A DNA stretch of 63,852 nt, filler included, from Octopus bimaculoides (GCF_001194135.2; 5 parts of 5 records of this genome joined end to end with filler, not necessarily neighbours in it), one strand, 5' to 3'. Positions 27,461 to 39,806 are shown, numbered from the whole stretch's first letter. Notes: generated from the sequence alone by a model not told the origin. Translations and numbers: made by a program.

Positions 27461-28907
27461 TCACTATATATTTATAAATATATTTATATTTATATAAAGA
27501 CACAGACCTGTAATTTCTTTAAATGAGGGTTTAAGAAATGGTAATTGCTAAACAAAGAAAAAAAATACATTAGCACTGATTTTATTATGCCAATATCGTT
27601 TCTCATTTTAATATGTGACGTATTTAGTTATGTAAACATTCGCCGAAATTCTACCCCCCTCCCCTTCTCTCTCTCACTGTTTATGTATGTTCTCTTTCTT
27701 TTTTTAATTTGCTATAAATTTTGACCGCCCACCTCCTCGGTGGCAAGGATGCGAAGGAAAGCATCTTGTTTTAAACACCATCCTTTAAATCTTAAGGGGG
27801 TCCTGCGGATTTTTATAGTCCCTGATATCGTGATCGTATTTATGCCTACATAACATGCATGTATGTCATTGTTCAGTTTTAATCTCAAGATTTCTTGCCA
27901 ATAGAGAAAGAGCCGGTTTCTAGCCTAGATCCAAGGCTCCTTTAGTGCACATATGCACACACCAACCAATTTTGTTAGCCACAAAACCCTACAGTTGTCA
28001 GCACACAAAAGAAAAGGCTTGCCAATTGTTTAGTTTTCGGTTTGAATTCTGTAAAGATAATTAAATCATTTAGAAGTAAAACACGGATACATACATACAT
28101 ACATGCAAGTATGCATATATACATGGATACATACATACACGCGTGAGAGCAAACACATAAACTACATATATATATATATATATANNNNNNNNNNNNNNNN
28201 NNNNNNNNNNNNNNNNNNNNNNNNNNNNNNNNNNNNNNNNNNNNNNNNNNNNNNNNNNNNNNNNNNNNNNNNNNNNNNNNNNNNNNNNNNNNNNNNNNNN
28301 NNNNNNNNNNNNNNNNNNNNNNNNNNNNNNNNNNNNNNNNNNNNNNNNNNNNNNNNNNNNNNNNNNNNNTATATATATCTACAGGGACACGTGCATACAC
28401 TTCTGCGTATCAACTAAATTTTTACTAATATTTAATAAAATATTTTAAAGGATTCAAATTGTTATGCAATGATCATGGCTGCCCCCCCCCCTGCCTGCCG
28501 TCCCAACAATCAATATATGTACCGATCAACAGGTTTTTTTTAATCGATACCTCTATTAACTTCAATGTATTGATTCCAGTTGAACTTTCTTTGAACCGAT
28601 AATGTTTACCTGTTTTATGACGATTATAATTATTCCGATATATTCGCATACTGCTTCCTTTTCTCTTTATAATTTATTTAGAGAGAGAGAGAGAGATAGA
28701 AAAAAAACTAGATGTTATCTATTACAACGATGCCCGGCCAAAAAAGAACGGTGCCTGTTTAAAACTGGGTCATAGACTAAGGCTACCAACCAGGAACATA
28801 ATCCACTCACAGGATACGTTTCCATACAGATAACGTGAGCCAAGTTTCACATGCAGGAATTGTTGATATTGTTTATCCCTACTTTAGATTTAAACTGGGA
28901 TACTTAA

Positions 28908-29105
28908 CCCTTTTGGCTGCCCAAAGCATTATCATCATTTTTTTCTTAAGTTTATCCGAAGCCTCTGTATTTGATTTCAAACTTTTAGTTAGCTATTTTT
29001 TTTTTTCAAATGCTCTGAGAAATACAAAGTTTCCTTTTCATAAGTTCCTATTTAGTCTAATAATCGAAAAACATTTGGGAAAGTGCATTGTACATGATCC
29101 AAGGG
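28908..29105. mobile_element. Possible piggyBac-type MITE (198 bp)
   Basis: TTAA|CCCTT ... AAGGG|TTAA ends (TTAA at 28904-28907 and 29106-29109). The TIR match is short. Confidence 0.5.
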
Positions 29106-32100
29106 TTAAGACCAAAGTCTTTCACAAATCTCGTCGTATATACGACAGGATTCTGCTCCGCTTCGTTCCAGCACATTCTACACAAAAACAGAAAGCTTAC
29201 TGTACAAGAAAGACACTTTCCGATGATGGCATGCAGTGCGATCGAACGTGGAAACATGTACTTGCAAAGTGAACTAATTTACCATGAAGCTATAATTGCT
29301 TTTATATTAAGTCTAGTGAATCAAACCAAAATTCAATTATATATGTATATATATATATANNNNNNNNNNNNNNNNNNNNNNNNNNNNNNNNNNNNNNNNN
29401 NNNNNNNNNNNNNNNNNNNNNNNNNNNNNNNNNNNNNNNNNNNNNNNNNNNNNNNNNNNNNNNNNNNNNNNNNNNNNNNNNNNNNNNNNNNNNNNNNNNN
29501 NNNNNNNNNNNNNNNNNNNNNNNNNNNNNNNNNNNNNNNNNNNNNNNNNNNNNNNNNNNNNNNNNNNNNNNNNNNNNNNNNNNNNNNNNNNNNNNNNNNN
29601 NNNNNNNNNNNNNNNNNNNNNNNNNNNNNNNNNNNNNNNNNNNNNNNNNNNNNNNNNNNNNNNNNNNNNNNNNNNNNNNNNNNNNNNNNNNNNNNNNNNN
29701 NNNNNNNNNNNNNNNNNNNNNNNNNNNNNNNNNNNNNNNNNNNNNNNNNNNNNNNNNNNNNNNNNNNNNNNNNNNNNNNNNNNNNNNNNNNNNNNNNNNN
29801 NNNNNNNNNNNNNNNNNNNAAAGTAAAAGCCTCTGCGTTTCCGAGACGTGCCTAGAATGTTCCATCACCAATAAATTTCTTTCTGAGATTCAATGAACTG
29901 TATTGACATACTTCCACCATATATAACGGAATAAATTCAATTTTTCATTTTTTTTTTTTTAAATCTCCTTTTAATCTTTCTTTTTGCTTTGTTATATTCA
30001 TAGGACAACAACCATACTTGAATAGCAGTTTGAAAGGATTTTAGTCAAACAAATCGAGCCCTTCCTGTACTTACTTTTCCTTTCAAATCTGTTATTTATT
30101 TTACCGGGACGCAAACAAATCAACATCGGTTGCCATGTCAAGAGGTGAGAGAAATACAGACAGAAATACGCGCGCACACACACGCAAACGCGTATATATA
30201 TAAACATATATTATTGTGTCTGGGGAGACTCATTCTGTTTTAATGCCTTATTAATTAATTAACACACTTATTTACTTATGTATTTTTTCTAAAATTTTCG
30301 TTGCTTCTTGTAACCTTTTAAGTAGTCGTTGACTCCGTCCGTTGTCGGAGCTGTGCTCTTTATCGTTTGTGCGCATGTGTGCGCGTCAATGTGCATGTGT
30401 ACACACATATGTATGTATGTATATATGTGTGTATATATGTGTGTATGTATGGATGTATTTGTGTGTATGTATGCGTGTGTGTGTATGCGTACAAAATCAT
30501 TGGTTGACCTGAGGGTATAATAGAAGACACTTGCCCAAGGTGCCATGGAGTGAGCCTGAGCTCGAAACCACGTCGACTGCAATGCGAGGTCCCTAACCAC
30601 ATAGCCATGACATATCAAGATAAACGTTGCAGGGATGTAAAGAAACCGACAACAAATGTCAAATGGGACAGGTGTGGAGTGTACAAAAACAAACGCAAAG
30701 ACACTCGCACACATGTATACGATGGGCTTCCACACAGTTTCCTTCTAACAATTTCTCTCTCAAGGCAATGGTCGGCCAAGGTACCGCACAGTGCGACTGA
30801 AATCGAAATATATTCAACATTCATAAATAAACATAATATATGAATGCATAAACACAGTGCGTCTATGTGCGTGCATAGAAAGAGAGTAATAGACACACAA
30901 ACGATTCTATAAATATAACGATAGATGCATTGATTTAGATGTCAGACGAAACATACTGCACGGCAGATGCACAGCGGCACAAATATGAAGGTTGTGTATA
31001 GGAATATTTTAACTCGTTTGGCAAGTGTAGAAGACAGTAAATTTCGTTTTATTACTTCATGTGTACGCTCTATACGTACATATAGCAAGCAGGTGATGAC
31101 GTATGTAGTGATGACATGCATATATAACATACGTACATATGCACCGAGATGCAGACATACATGTGCACATATAGATACCTACATACATACATACATACAT
31201 ACACACCTTCGGAGATTCTTTAAATGAATATATGCAAACATTTTGTTGTGTGCATTTACACAACTAATGATGCACAACATCGCACACAGAGACACACACA
31301 CACACACACACTCACACATTGACATACACATACAAAAACGCCTAAGTACTACAAAAAACATATTCCCACAGAACAGGAGCGCTGGTGCACTCATCCACAT
31401 ACACGCATACACCAATTCAACCACATAATTAAAAGCCGCAGGTTACGGTCTTAATTCAAAAAGTCTTGTCATACAAAAGTCTTGCATACATACATACATA
31501 AAATAAAACATGCAAATCTGCACGTATAGATGCATACAAAAATGCCGTGTTGCTGATGGTGTATCTTGCCGTTTGTTATGCTATCGTCTATGTTATGGTC
31601 TATTTTCCCGCATGTTGTGTTTGGTTCGATTCCGCTTGTTATGTTCTTTCTCCTACCTTTGATTTATATATATATATATATNNNNNNNNNNNNNNNNNNN
31701 NNNNNNNNNNNNNNNNNNNNNNNNNNNNNNNNNNNNNNNNNNNNNNNNNNNNNNNNNNNNNNNNNNNNNNNNNNNNNNNNNNNNNNNNATATACGAACAC
31801 AAGACAAGTGATCATTATATGGGATAAGGAGGGAATATACATAATAGTGGGGATAATAAATTTGCAGATTCTTATATATAAATCGTTGCAAACAGTAAAT
31901 ATTAAGTTTTAACAAGTTTTATATCGTTTCTTCTCGTTACTTTCTGGCCTATATAAAACTGGATTAAAAGTGCCGGCTTCATGTAGATTTTAACGAAGGA
32001 AACATGAAATCATGTTCGATGTACTTACTACTGGGTAATTTCAGGACTGTGAGATGGATGGAAGTCAGCGTTGCAAGCTAATGAAACACTCGTTCAAGAT

Positions 32101-32989
32101 ACAGTGCTCTCGTTGCTTACAGCAATAAACTGCACCCACACACTGGGCCCTAATTACAGCTAGGGTAACGACATACGTTAGACAGCGATTGACAAAATAG
32201 AAGAAGGTGTTAGAGATATCTGAAGATATAGTACAAGACTGATTGCTTAGCATTCTTTGAATGGAGAATCTTCTCGGTCAAAGCTGATTTCGCTCTATAC
32301 AGTAACGTCTTCAAACAAACACTATACATACATATTAGTTTATGTATATATTAATATTATCGCAGTTTTAAAAAAACCTTGACAATGTAAATATGTTAAT
32401 AGTTACCATGGGTAGCAAAAATCACATAAAAAAACAAGATATCACACTCGTTTTATAGGTAGAGATACCAAGTTAAAGTCATGCATTTTGAGTAGATATA
32501 GATAATAACAATAAATGGAGCAAAACGCATATAAATAAGGAACTTTTACTTATATGCGTTTTGCTCCATTTATCGTTATTATTCATATATATATATATCT
32601 ATCTTTTTTATCTATATATATATGTAAATGTTGAACAAGGAGAATGACCAATTAATACCGCATTGGTGGATAAAGTTTCTTTATTTGTGTATTAAGGTTA
32701 CCATTGGGTTCATGTTAAGAAAAATATCTTAATATCTTAATAATTTCTCAAGCTGATCACATGGAGGAATGAGGTTTGTCTCCATATATACACACACGCA
32801 TACATAANNNNNNNNNNNNNNNNNNNNNNNNNNNNNNNNNNNNNNNNNNNNNATATATATATATATCTATCTTTTTTATCTATATATATATGTATATATA
32901 TATGAGGTGTGGAGCATCACAGCCATGAGCTGAGAAGGATTCTTTGAAGTTTGAATAAGTGTAACAAAAGCAATAATAGACAAGGAAAA

Positions 32990-33362
32990 GTGAAGTTTCG
33001 TACTAATTGATACATAATGTCTGGTTTGATTCCAGGATCGTAAAGAAAGAAGACGAAAAGCAAAAAAATAATAATCCCTGAAAATTCGAAATTGCAAGTA
33101 TTTGGAATATGAAAACTGTAAAGGTTGGGCCTATAAGAATTGATGCATTTGGAACTTTAAGCAAAGATATAAAGAAATGGTTGAAAGAAATTGGAACTTT
33201 TGCAGAAAGTTTGCCTCTTACGGACAGGAAAGATTATCAGGCGGGTTTTAAGCACATGAAAGACTACTGAAAGCTGGTGGATACCTAAGGTTACAGGTAG
33301 TAATTTGCTGCCCACATAAATTCCACAAGGAATAAAACCGAACCTGAGTCAAATCAATAATC
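32990..33362 (+). mobile_element. R4/Dong-like (RLE) non-LTR element 3' end, copy A
   Basis: RIVKKEDEK...LKIEIA.IWNMKTVKV.PI.I.AFGTLSKDIKKWLKEIG...QKVCLLRTGKIIRRVLST* (reconstructed across frameshifts) resembles the RLE C-terminus; followed by a 3'UTR and (TAA)n. Confidence 0.75.
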
Positions 33363-33369
33363 AATAATC

Positions 33370-33425
<56 letters not shown>

Positions 33426-33630
33426 TTTTAATTTTTGGCTCAAGGCCAACAGGGGGAGGGGTTAAGTCGATTACATCGACCCCAGTATTCAGCTGGTACT
33501 TATTTTATCGACCTCGAGCGGATGAAAGGCAAAGTAAACCTCTGCGGAATTTGAACTGAGAAGGTGAAGACGGACGAAATGTCGCTAAGCATTTTGCCCG
33601 GTGTGCTAACGATTTTACCAGCTCGCCGCC

Positions 33631-33632
<2 letters not shown>
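33426..33632 (-). mobile_element. SINE family 1 copy inside (TAA)n in cephalotocin intron 1
   Basis: Same family as 8181-8371; (TAA)n on both flanks. Confidence 0.85.
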
Positions 33633-33700
<68 letters not shown>

Positions 33701-34087
33701 TAGGGCTACTAAAAGACGAACTTGCAAGAATGTGGGCAATGTAGAGGGTAGTTTTTATCCCGATATTTGTATAGGAACACGGAGCACTAACAGCCAGGTT
33801 CGAAAAATGTATCGGAGAAATAGGAATTGCGACGAGGCTGGAGCAGCCCCACCACTTCCCAAAAAACCGCTCTGTTGGGAATAGCTAGGATTTTGAGATT
33901 GGTTCTTAGGTGTTAACTGATTTCCATGATAAGTTAACATTCAAAGTACCAAATCTTATAATTTGCAGAAAGAGACCCTGTGATACCTCTGACTACAGGT
34001 TGCTATCCGCGCTCACAAAATCAACCAGAGCACGTAAGGCCGGCCCGGTACTAAGGCAGCTGAAATAAAGTTATAATGAAAGCAAAC
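33701..34087 (+). mobile_element. R4/Dong-like element 3' end, copy B
   Basis: LLKDELARMWAM...PIF.GT.GALTARFEKCIGEIGIATRLEQ...QKTALLGIARILRLVLRC* (across frameshifts); flanked by (TAA)n on both sides. Confidence 0.75.
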
Positions 34088-34110
34088 CATAAATAATAAT
34101 AATAATAATG

Positions 34111-34190
<80 letters not shown>

Positions 34191-34192
<2 letters not shown>

Positions 34193-34327
34193 TAAACACT
34201 ATGTGCAAATCTAAATATATGGAACCCTAGGCATAACACCTACATGAACTTCTAACTTGTTGTCTCTTGAGGTCTCTGAGTGAGACTTGGATCCAACTTG
34301 TACAAATGCAAAACAAAAGTCAAACAA

Positions 34328-34328
<1 letters not shown>
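34191..34328 (+). mobile_element. Probable 3'UTR fragment of a third (TAA)n-anchored retroelement
   Basis: 138-bp unique segment embedded between two (TAA)n tracts like copies A and B. Family assignment is inference only. Confidence 0.45.
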
Positions 34329-34376
<48 letters not shown>

Positions 34377-34383
34377 CACTTAC

Positions 34384-34539
34384 CTTTTGATTTGATCCCT
34401 GTTCTGACATGGGTGTCGCTCGTTTACCGCCAATGGGACAGTTTCGGAAATAGCAACCATCTGTAGTGGCAATGAAGAAACTGCATACTGTGAACAACAC
34501 GAACAAAAGTTGGACGATGGCGAAACAATTTTGAGACAT
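34384..34539 (-). CDS. CT: Cephalotocin (oxytocin/vasopressin-family) precursor, coding exon 1: signal peptide + nonapeptide CYFRNCPIG + GKR + linker (52 aa)
   Basis: Translation MSQNCFAIVQLLFVLFTVCSFFIATTDG-CYFRNCPIG-GKR-ATPMSEQGSNQK. Cys1-Cys6 ring, Pro7, Gly9 and the GKR amidation/cleavage site are the OT/VP family hallmark; CYFRNCPIG is the known cephalotocin sequence (mature peptide 34455-34429). ATG at 34539 in AAAATG context; exon ends AAG|GTAAGT (phase 0). Confidence 0.97.
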
Positions 34540-34942
34540 TTTCACAGTTGTTGTGTATAAATTTTTGAGATATAGATATAGAAATAAATGTATATTTATA
34601 ATTACAAATATGTATTATTGCTGCGTATGATCAAGACAACTTTATATATATGTATATAAATATATATAAAGATATATGCTGTATACTATGCAAATATATA
34701 AATAAATCTCTTGTTTAATTCTTGTGTAGCTGTTATTTCTTGTTGTATTATCTAGATATATTTTTTCTTTGCTTGTTCTCTTAACCACTTCTTCCGACTG
34801 ACTTCGGCAGAATATAAAGGCTAACTAGTCTTGTAAGACAATGTCACTGCAGTTTCATTACAAGCGCCTGTTTGTCTTTTTCTAAACACTTGCTTGTTTG
34901 TATATTTTTTAACAGCTGATATTATTTATTTGTATGTGTATG

Positions 34943-35957
34943 TGTGTGTGTGTGTGTGTAATGTGTATATGTATGTGTGCGCGCGTGCGTATGATTTATT
35001 ACTATTATTTTTTTTTTATGCAAAGGGGCCGTAACTTACTAAATAAATTCTTCGTTAATTAAATATTTCAGTCTGTGGGCTGGGCAGTTAGTTATACGTA
35101 GGTTATAAGTCTGACAAGATAATGTAGTTAACCTGGTGGCAGTGGTAGTGGTGGTAGTGGTGATAGTGGCGGTGGTGTTGGTGCTNNNNNNNNNNNNNNN
35201 NNNNNNNNNNNNNNNNNNNNNNNNNNNNNNNNNNNNNNNNNNNNNNNNNNNNNNNNNNNNNNNNNNNNNNNNNNNNNNNNNNNNNNNNNNNNNNNNNNNN
35301 NNNNNNNNNNNNNNNNNNNNNNNNNNNNNNNNNNNNNNNNNNNNNNNNNNNNNNNNNNNNNNNNNNNNNNNNNNNNNNNNNNNNNNNNNNNNNNNNNNNN
35401 NNNNNNNNNNNNNNNNNNNNNNNNNNNNNNNNNNNNNNNNNNNNNNNNNNNNNNNNNNNNNNNNNNNNNNNNNNNNNNNNNNNNNNNNNNNNNNNNNNNN
35501 NNNNNNNNNNNNNNNNNNNNNNNNNNNNNNNNNNNNNNNNNNNNNNNNNNNNNNNNNNNNNNNNNNNNNNNNNNNNNNNNNNNNNNNNNNNNNNNNNNNN
35601 NNNNNNNNNNNNNNNNNNNNNNNNNNNNNNNNNNNNNNNNNNNNNNNNNNNNNNNNNNNNNNNNNNNNNNNNNNNNNNNNNNNNNNNNNNNNNNNNNNNN
35701 NNNNNNNNNNNNNNNNNNNNNNNNNNNNNNNNNNNNNNNNNNNNTGTGTGTGTGTGTGTGTAATGTGTATATGTATGTGTGCGCGCGTGCGTATGATTTA
35801 TTACTATTATTTTTTTTTTATGCAAAGGGGCCGTAACTTACTAAATAAATTCTTCGTTAATTAAATATTTCAGTCTGTGGGCTGGGCAGTTAGTTATACG
35901 TAGGTTATAAGTCTGACAAGATAATGTAGTTAACCTGGTGGCAGTGGTAGTGGTGGT
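34943..35957 (+). repeat. Identical 213-bp direct repeat (34943-35155 / 35745-35957) flanking an N gap
   Basis: Exact identity including the 10-T run; offset 802. Confidence 0.92.
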
Positions 35958-36274
35958 GGTGTAGTGGGGGGCGATGATGATGGTGGTGGTGTTAATGAAA
36001 TTCATAGCTATTCTAGTGATGGTGCTGGTGGTTGGGGTAGTGATGGGGATGATTGTGGTAGTGGCGGTGGTGGCGGTGGTGGTGGTGGTGGTGTTTCTTC
36101 CGATTGTACTGGTGTCGGTGGTGACACTTGCTAACTCGATGATAATGGTTTGATGGTAGGGGTCGCTGTAGCTTTAACATAAAATACATAGATAAACAAA
36201 AAACGGGGGAACCAAAATAAGATGAAGTTGGCAATGAATTATGATATGGAGTGAGACGATAATATGAGGAATTA

Positions 36275-36351
36275 GCTATGATGTGACAGGGATGTGGTTG
36301 TGACATGGCTATGACGTGACTGTGACGTAGCTATGACGTGGCAGTGACACG
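36275..36351. repeat. Degenerate 11-bp tandem array x7 containing phased TGACGT motifs
   Basis: gctatgatgtg/acagggatgtg/gttgtgacatg/gctatgacgtg/actgtgacgta/gctatgacgtg/gcagtgacacg. Confidence 0.75.
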
Positions 36352-38168
36352 CCTGAGACGAGGGTGATGGCGGTCTGAGAGGGCAGAGGCAAAATGAAAG
36401 TGAATGAGGTCGATATATTCTGTATGTGGCCGAGTGCACATGAGAGGATGTATGCATTTCAATTTTAGCGCGCGTGCGTGTGTGAATAACTTTGTGCGTG
36501 TGCGTTTTGTATGCGAATGTGTGTGTGTGTCTGTGCGTGTGATTTAGTGCATGTTATTTTTATTGGTATGTGCTAGCATGAATGGGTACACTCAAGCACA
36601 TGTAAGATAATAAATATAAATATCAACATACATCTACATATATATGTATCGTATATATGTATGTTCGTATATATGTATGTATACCTGCGTGTGTCTGTTT
36701 GTATGTACGTACGTACGTGTGTATGTATGTATGTATGTATGTATGTATGTATGTATGTTCTTATTCAGTTTTATTTCAAGATTTCTTGCCAATAGAGAAA
36801 GAACCTGTTTCTAACCAAGATCCAAGGGTCATTCATTGGAATTTCAATATCAACAACAATAAATTACCTGCCTCTGGATGTCCTCTAACCAAGACGGTAC
36901 CCGCACAGGTAATTCCCAGGAGTGCCTCCTGATTTAAACATCCCCTGGTTGCTTGGATGCTTCAGACTACCCCTGAAGGATTGAGGCAAGCCTATCATTT
37001 ACCTATATATATATAATACAAAAAATATATATGCATGTATACACACATATATGTATATACTTTCATCTACATGTGTATATAGATGCATATCAGGGTACAG
37101 GACGTTAGAACAATGAACTACAGACAATGGAACGAACACATAGGAAAACAGAAAGCCACTTGGAATTATTCATCAGCTGTCTCTATTCTAACTCGACGTT
37201 TCGAAGATATATATACAGAGAGATAGAGAGAGAGAGAGAGGGAGAGAGAGAGAGAGAGAGGGAGAGAGAGAGAGAGAAATAAAGACAGAGAGGGAGAGGG
37301 GGGAGAAAGAGAGACAAAAAAAGAGAGAAGGAAAGACTGATATTGATTAGCTTGCTATGTATCGTAATAAGAAACATTTGCACATCGGTTAACGAGGGTA
37401 ACACCTCGAAGGGAAATAGTAGTGGCAGTAGCCCTGATAGTCTACTCTGAAAGCTGATATATTATAGTTATCGCCAGTCGACTTCCTTCTATATTTGTCT
37501 TTCTGTCTCTAGAAAGAAAACCATCGAGTGCGCTTTCACTCTTATATGAGGTAGCAACTGGGCTTTCTGCTCTCCGCCATCATTTTGGATGATTTTATCT
37601 CTATTTCTGCAACAGGCTTTAATTATGGAATAACCTTATGGTCTCCAGAGCTATGTGGATTTCTATGCGACACCATGGGCCACACACGCTATTAAATATA
37701 TATAATTAGCAGAAATATATATGTACGTAAATACATCAATAGACTCATACGCATGCTACACGCACCCTGAGACACGATATATATATATATATATATATGT
37801 GGAGAATGGAGCAACAAATACAAGAAGAAGCAATTCTGTTGGGCTAGTTAGCCGTTGTTTTATTATGTGGAAGTTATGTAATGAGTCATTGTGGATGTTA
37901 TGCAATAGTCATTTACGCACGTTTCAATCTGGCCAATGGTTTGGCAGATCTCTTCAGAATGTTGAGGAGTATGTTAAGAGTTCATGGTGTGAGAGATGTA
38001 GGAGAAGTGATTAGTGGATATATTAATGTATATGGTGGTATAATAATACCGATAGGTAAAGAAAGCCTTACGTTTTAGTTGAAGTTGTGTTGGTCTTCCT
38101 GTAAGGGGATGTAAGATGGGTGCTATTTAAGCTCATTATTCCGATTTTAATCAAATGCATCTCCCCGT

Positions 38169-38199
<31 letters not shown>

Positions 38200-38679
38200 G
38201 CACAAACATACTCAGTCACGCGTGCATGTACTGGAGTGTCAGATAAATTCGTTCGTTTCCTTCCATTTATTCTAATCCTTCCCAACGTTCTTTGAAATAA
38301 AAACAAAAATATTTTCATTGTAGTATTTTTATCGACCCCGAAAAGATGAAAAGTAAAGTCGACCTGGGCAGAATTTGAACTCAGAACATGAAGCCGGACG
38401 AAATACTGGTAGGCATTTCTCCCGGTGTGGTAACTATTCGTCCAGCTCACCGCCTTATACACATATTTTAATACTGGCTCCAGAAGAGGTGTTTGTTTTT
38501 CGAAAACATTTCATATGGTTCCGGTGAATGTTTACCAGGTAATTTTTCTGTTTTATCAGGAACGCCCACAGGAAACAGTGGGTTGGTTATGAAGTTGAGT
38601 GATGTCTCCTTGTTTATTAGTTTGGTGATTTAGCGGATCAGGAATTTATTCCGTACTCGATAAACACAGTAAGGTTGGT

Positions 38680-38770
<91 letters not shown>

Positions 38771-39258
38771 TACAAACACACACAGAAAACTTTACAAAGC
38801 TCAATGACAAATGTATGAAATCTAATCCGAAAGCCAGAGTCAGATCAATTTGTCACTCTGTTGTGTCACAACAACAACAACAACAACAACAACGATAAAT
38901 ATAAAGGTAGATATCAAATTATGATAACGATGATGACGATGATGATGACAACGACGACGTCGATGAAGATTAATAATAACAACCATGATGGTGATGATGA
39001 TAATAATAATAACAACAAATAATAATAATAATAATTATTATTATTATTATCATTATTACTATTATAGGAACATGGCCTGAAATTTTGGCGGGTGGGGGCA
39101 CATCGACCCCAATACTTGATTGATATTTAATTTCATGACCCCGAAAGGATGAAAGGCAAAGTCAACCACGGTGGAATTTGAACTGAGAACGTAAAGACGG
39201 ACGAAATGGTGGTAAGCTTTTCGTTCGACGTGCTAATGATTCTGCCAGCACAATAATA

Positions 39259-39325
<67 letters not shown>

Positions 39326-39406
39326 GGGAATTGAAGACCTGATCCAATATGAAATCTTTTACAAAAACTCCACAATTAAACTGGCAAAATATCTTGACAC
39401 ATCTAA

Positions 39407-39506
39407 NNNNNNNNNNNNNNNNNNNNNNNNNNNNNNNNNNNNNNNNNNNNTTAATTAATTAANNNNNNNNNNNNNNNNNNNNNNNNNNNNNNNNNNNNNN
39501 NNNNNN
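39407..39506. other. Synthetic scaffold-join spacer
   Basis: Same 44N-12-44N structure. Confidence 0.95.
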
Positions 39507-39766
39507 CTCTCTCTCTCTCTCTCTCTCACTCTCTCTCCCTCTCTCTTTGTCTCTCTTTCACCCTTCCTCTCTTTCTCTCTGTGCGCGCGCGTGCAGGCCT
39601 GTGTGTAAATGCGCATGCCTACGTATTCCATATGCGATAGCTATAAATTACATGTGTGCTGTTAGCTGAGAGCAATCGTTTGATTTCGTATACGAGTATC
39701 ACTGTCAACAGCTGTCTCATAGTATGCATGCGTCTGCGCGCGTGCAAGTGTGTGTGTGTTTGTGTT

Positions 39767-39806
<40 letters not shown>

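Noticed and set aside
29080-29200. Strong minus-strand acceptor (tttctgtttttgtgtag) as possible cephalotocin exon 3
   Set aside because: None of the three frames resembles a neurophysin C-terminus.
31543-31572. Plus-strand CRVADGVSC resembling neurophysin RCVADGVCC
   Set aside because: Wrong strand, and the DNA is a diverged end of the (TATG)n-associated repeat (aaaataccctgttgatgttg).
32065-32200. Minus-strand ORF with QCVGAVYCCKQREHCIL, resembling neurophysin (C-x-G-x3-CC), 2.2 kb after exon 1
   Set aside because: Lacks C-x2-CGP, EEN and the second Cys cluster, and has no fitting phase-0 acceptor. A match this short is expected by chance in a six-frame scan. A tblastn would settle it.
32583-32895. 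About 42-bp direct repeat (tatctatctttttta...) either side of the 32808-32852 gap
   Set aside because: Low complexity and gap-adjacent; likely an assembly overlap.
34640-34860. Core promoter elements for cephalotocin (TCAGTC initiator-like near 34800, several TATA-like words)
   Set aside because: The region is too TA-rich and the spacing does not fit; the TSS cannot be placed without 5' data.
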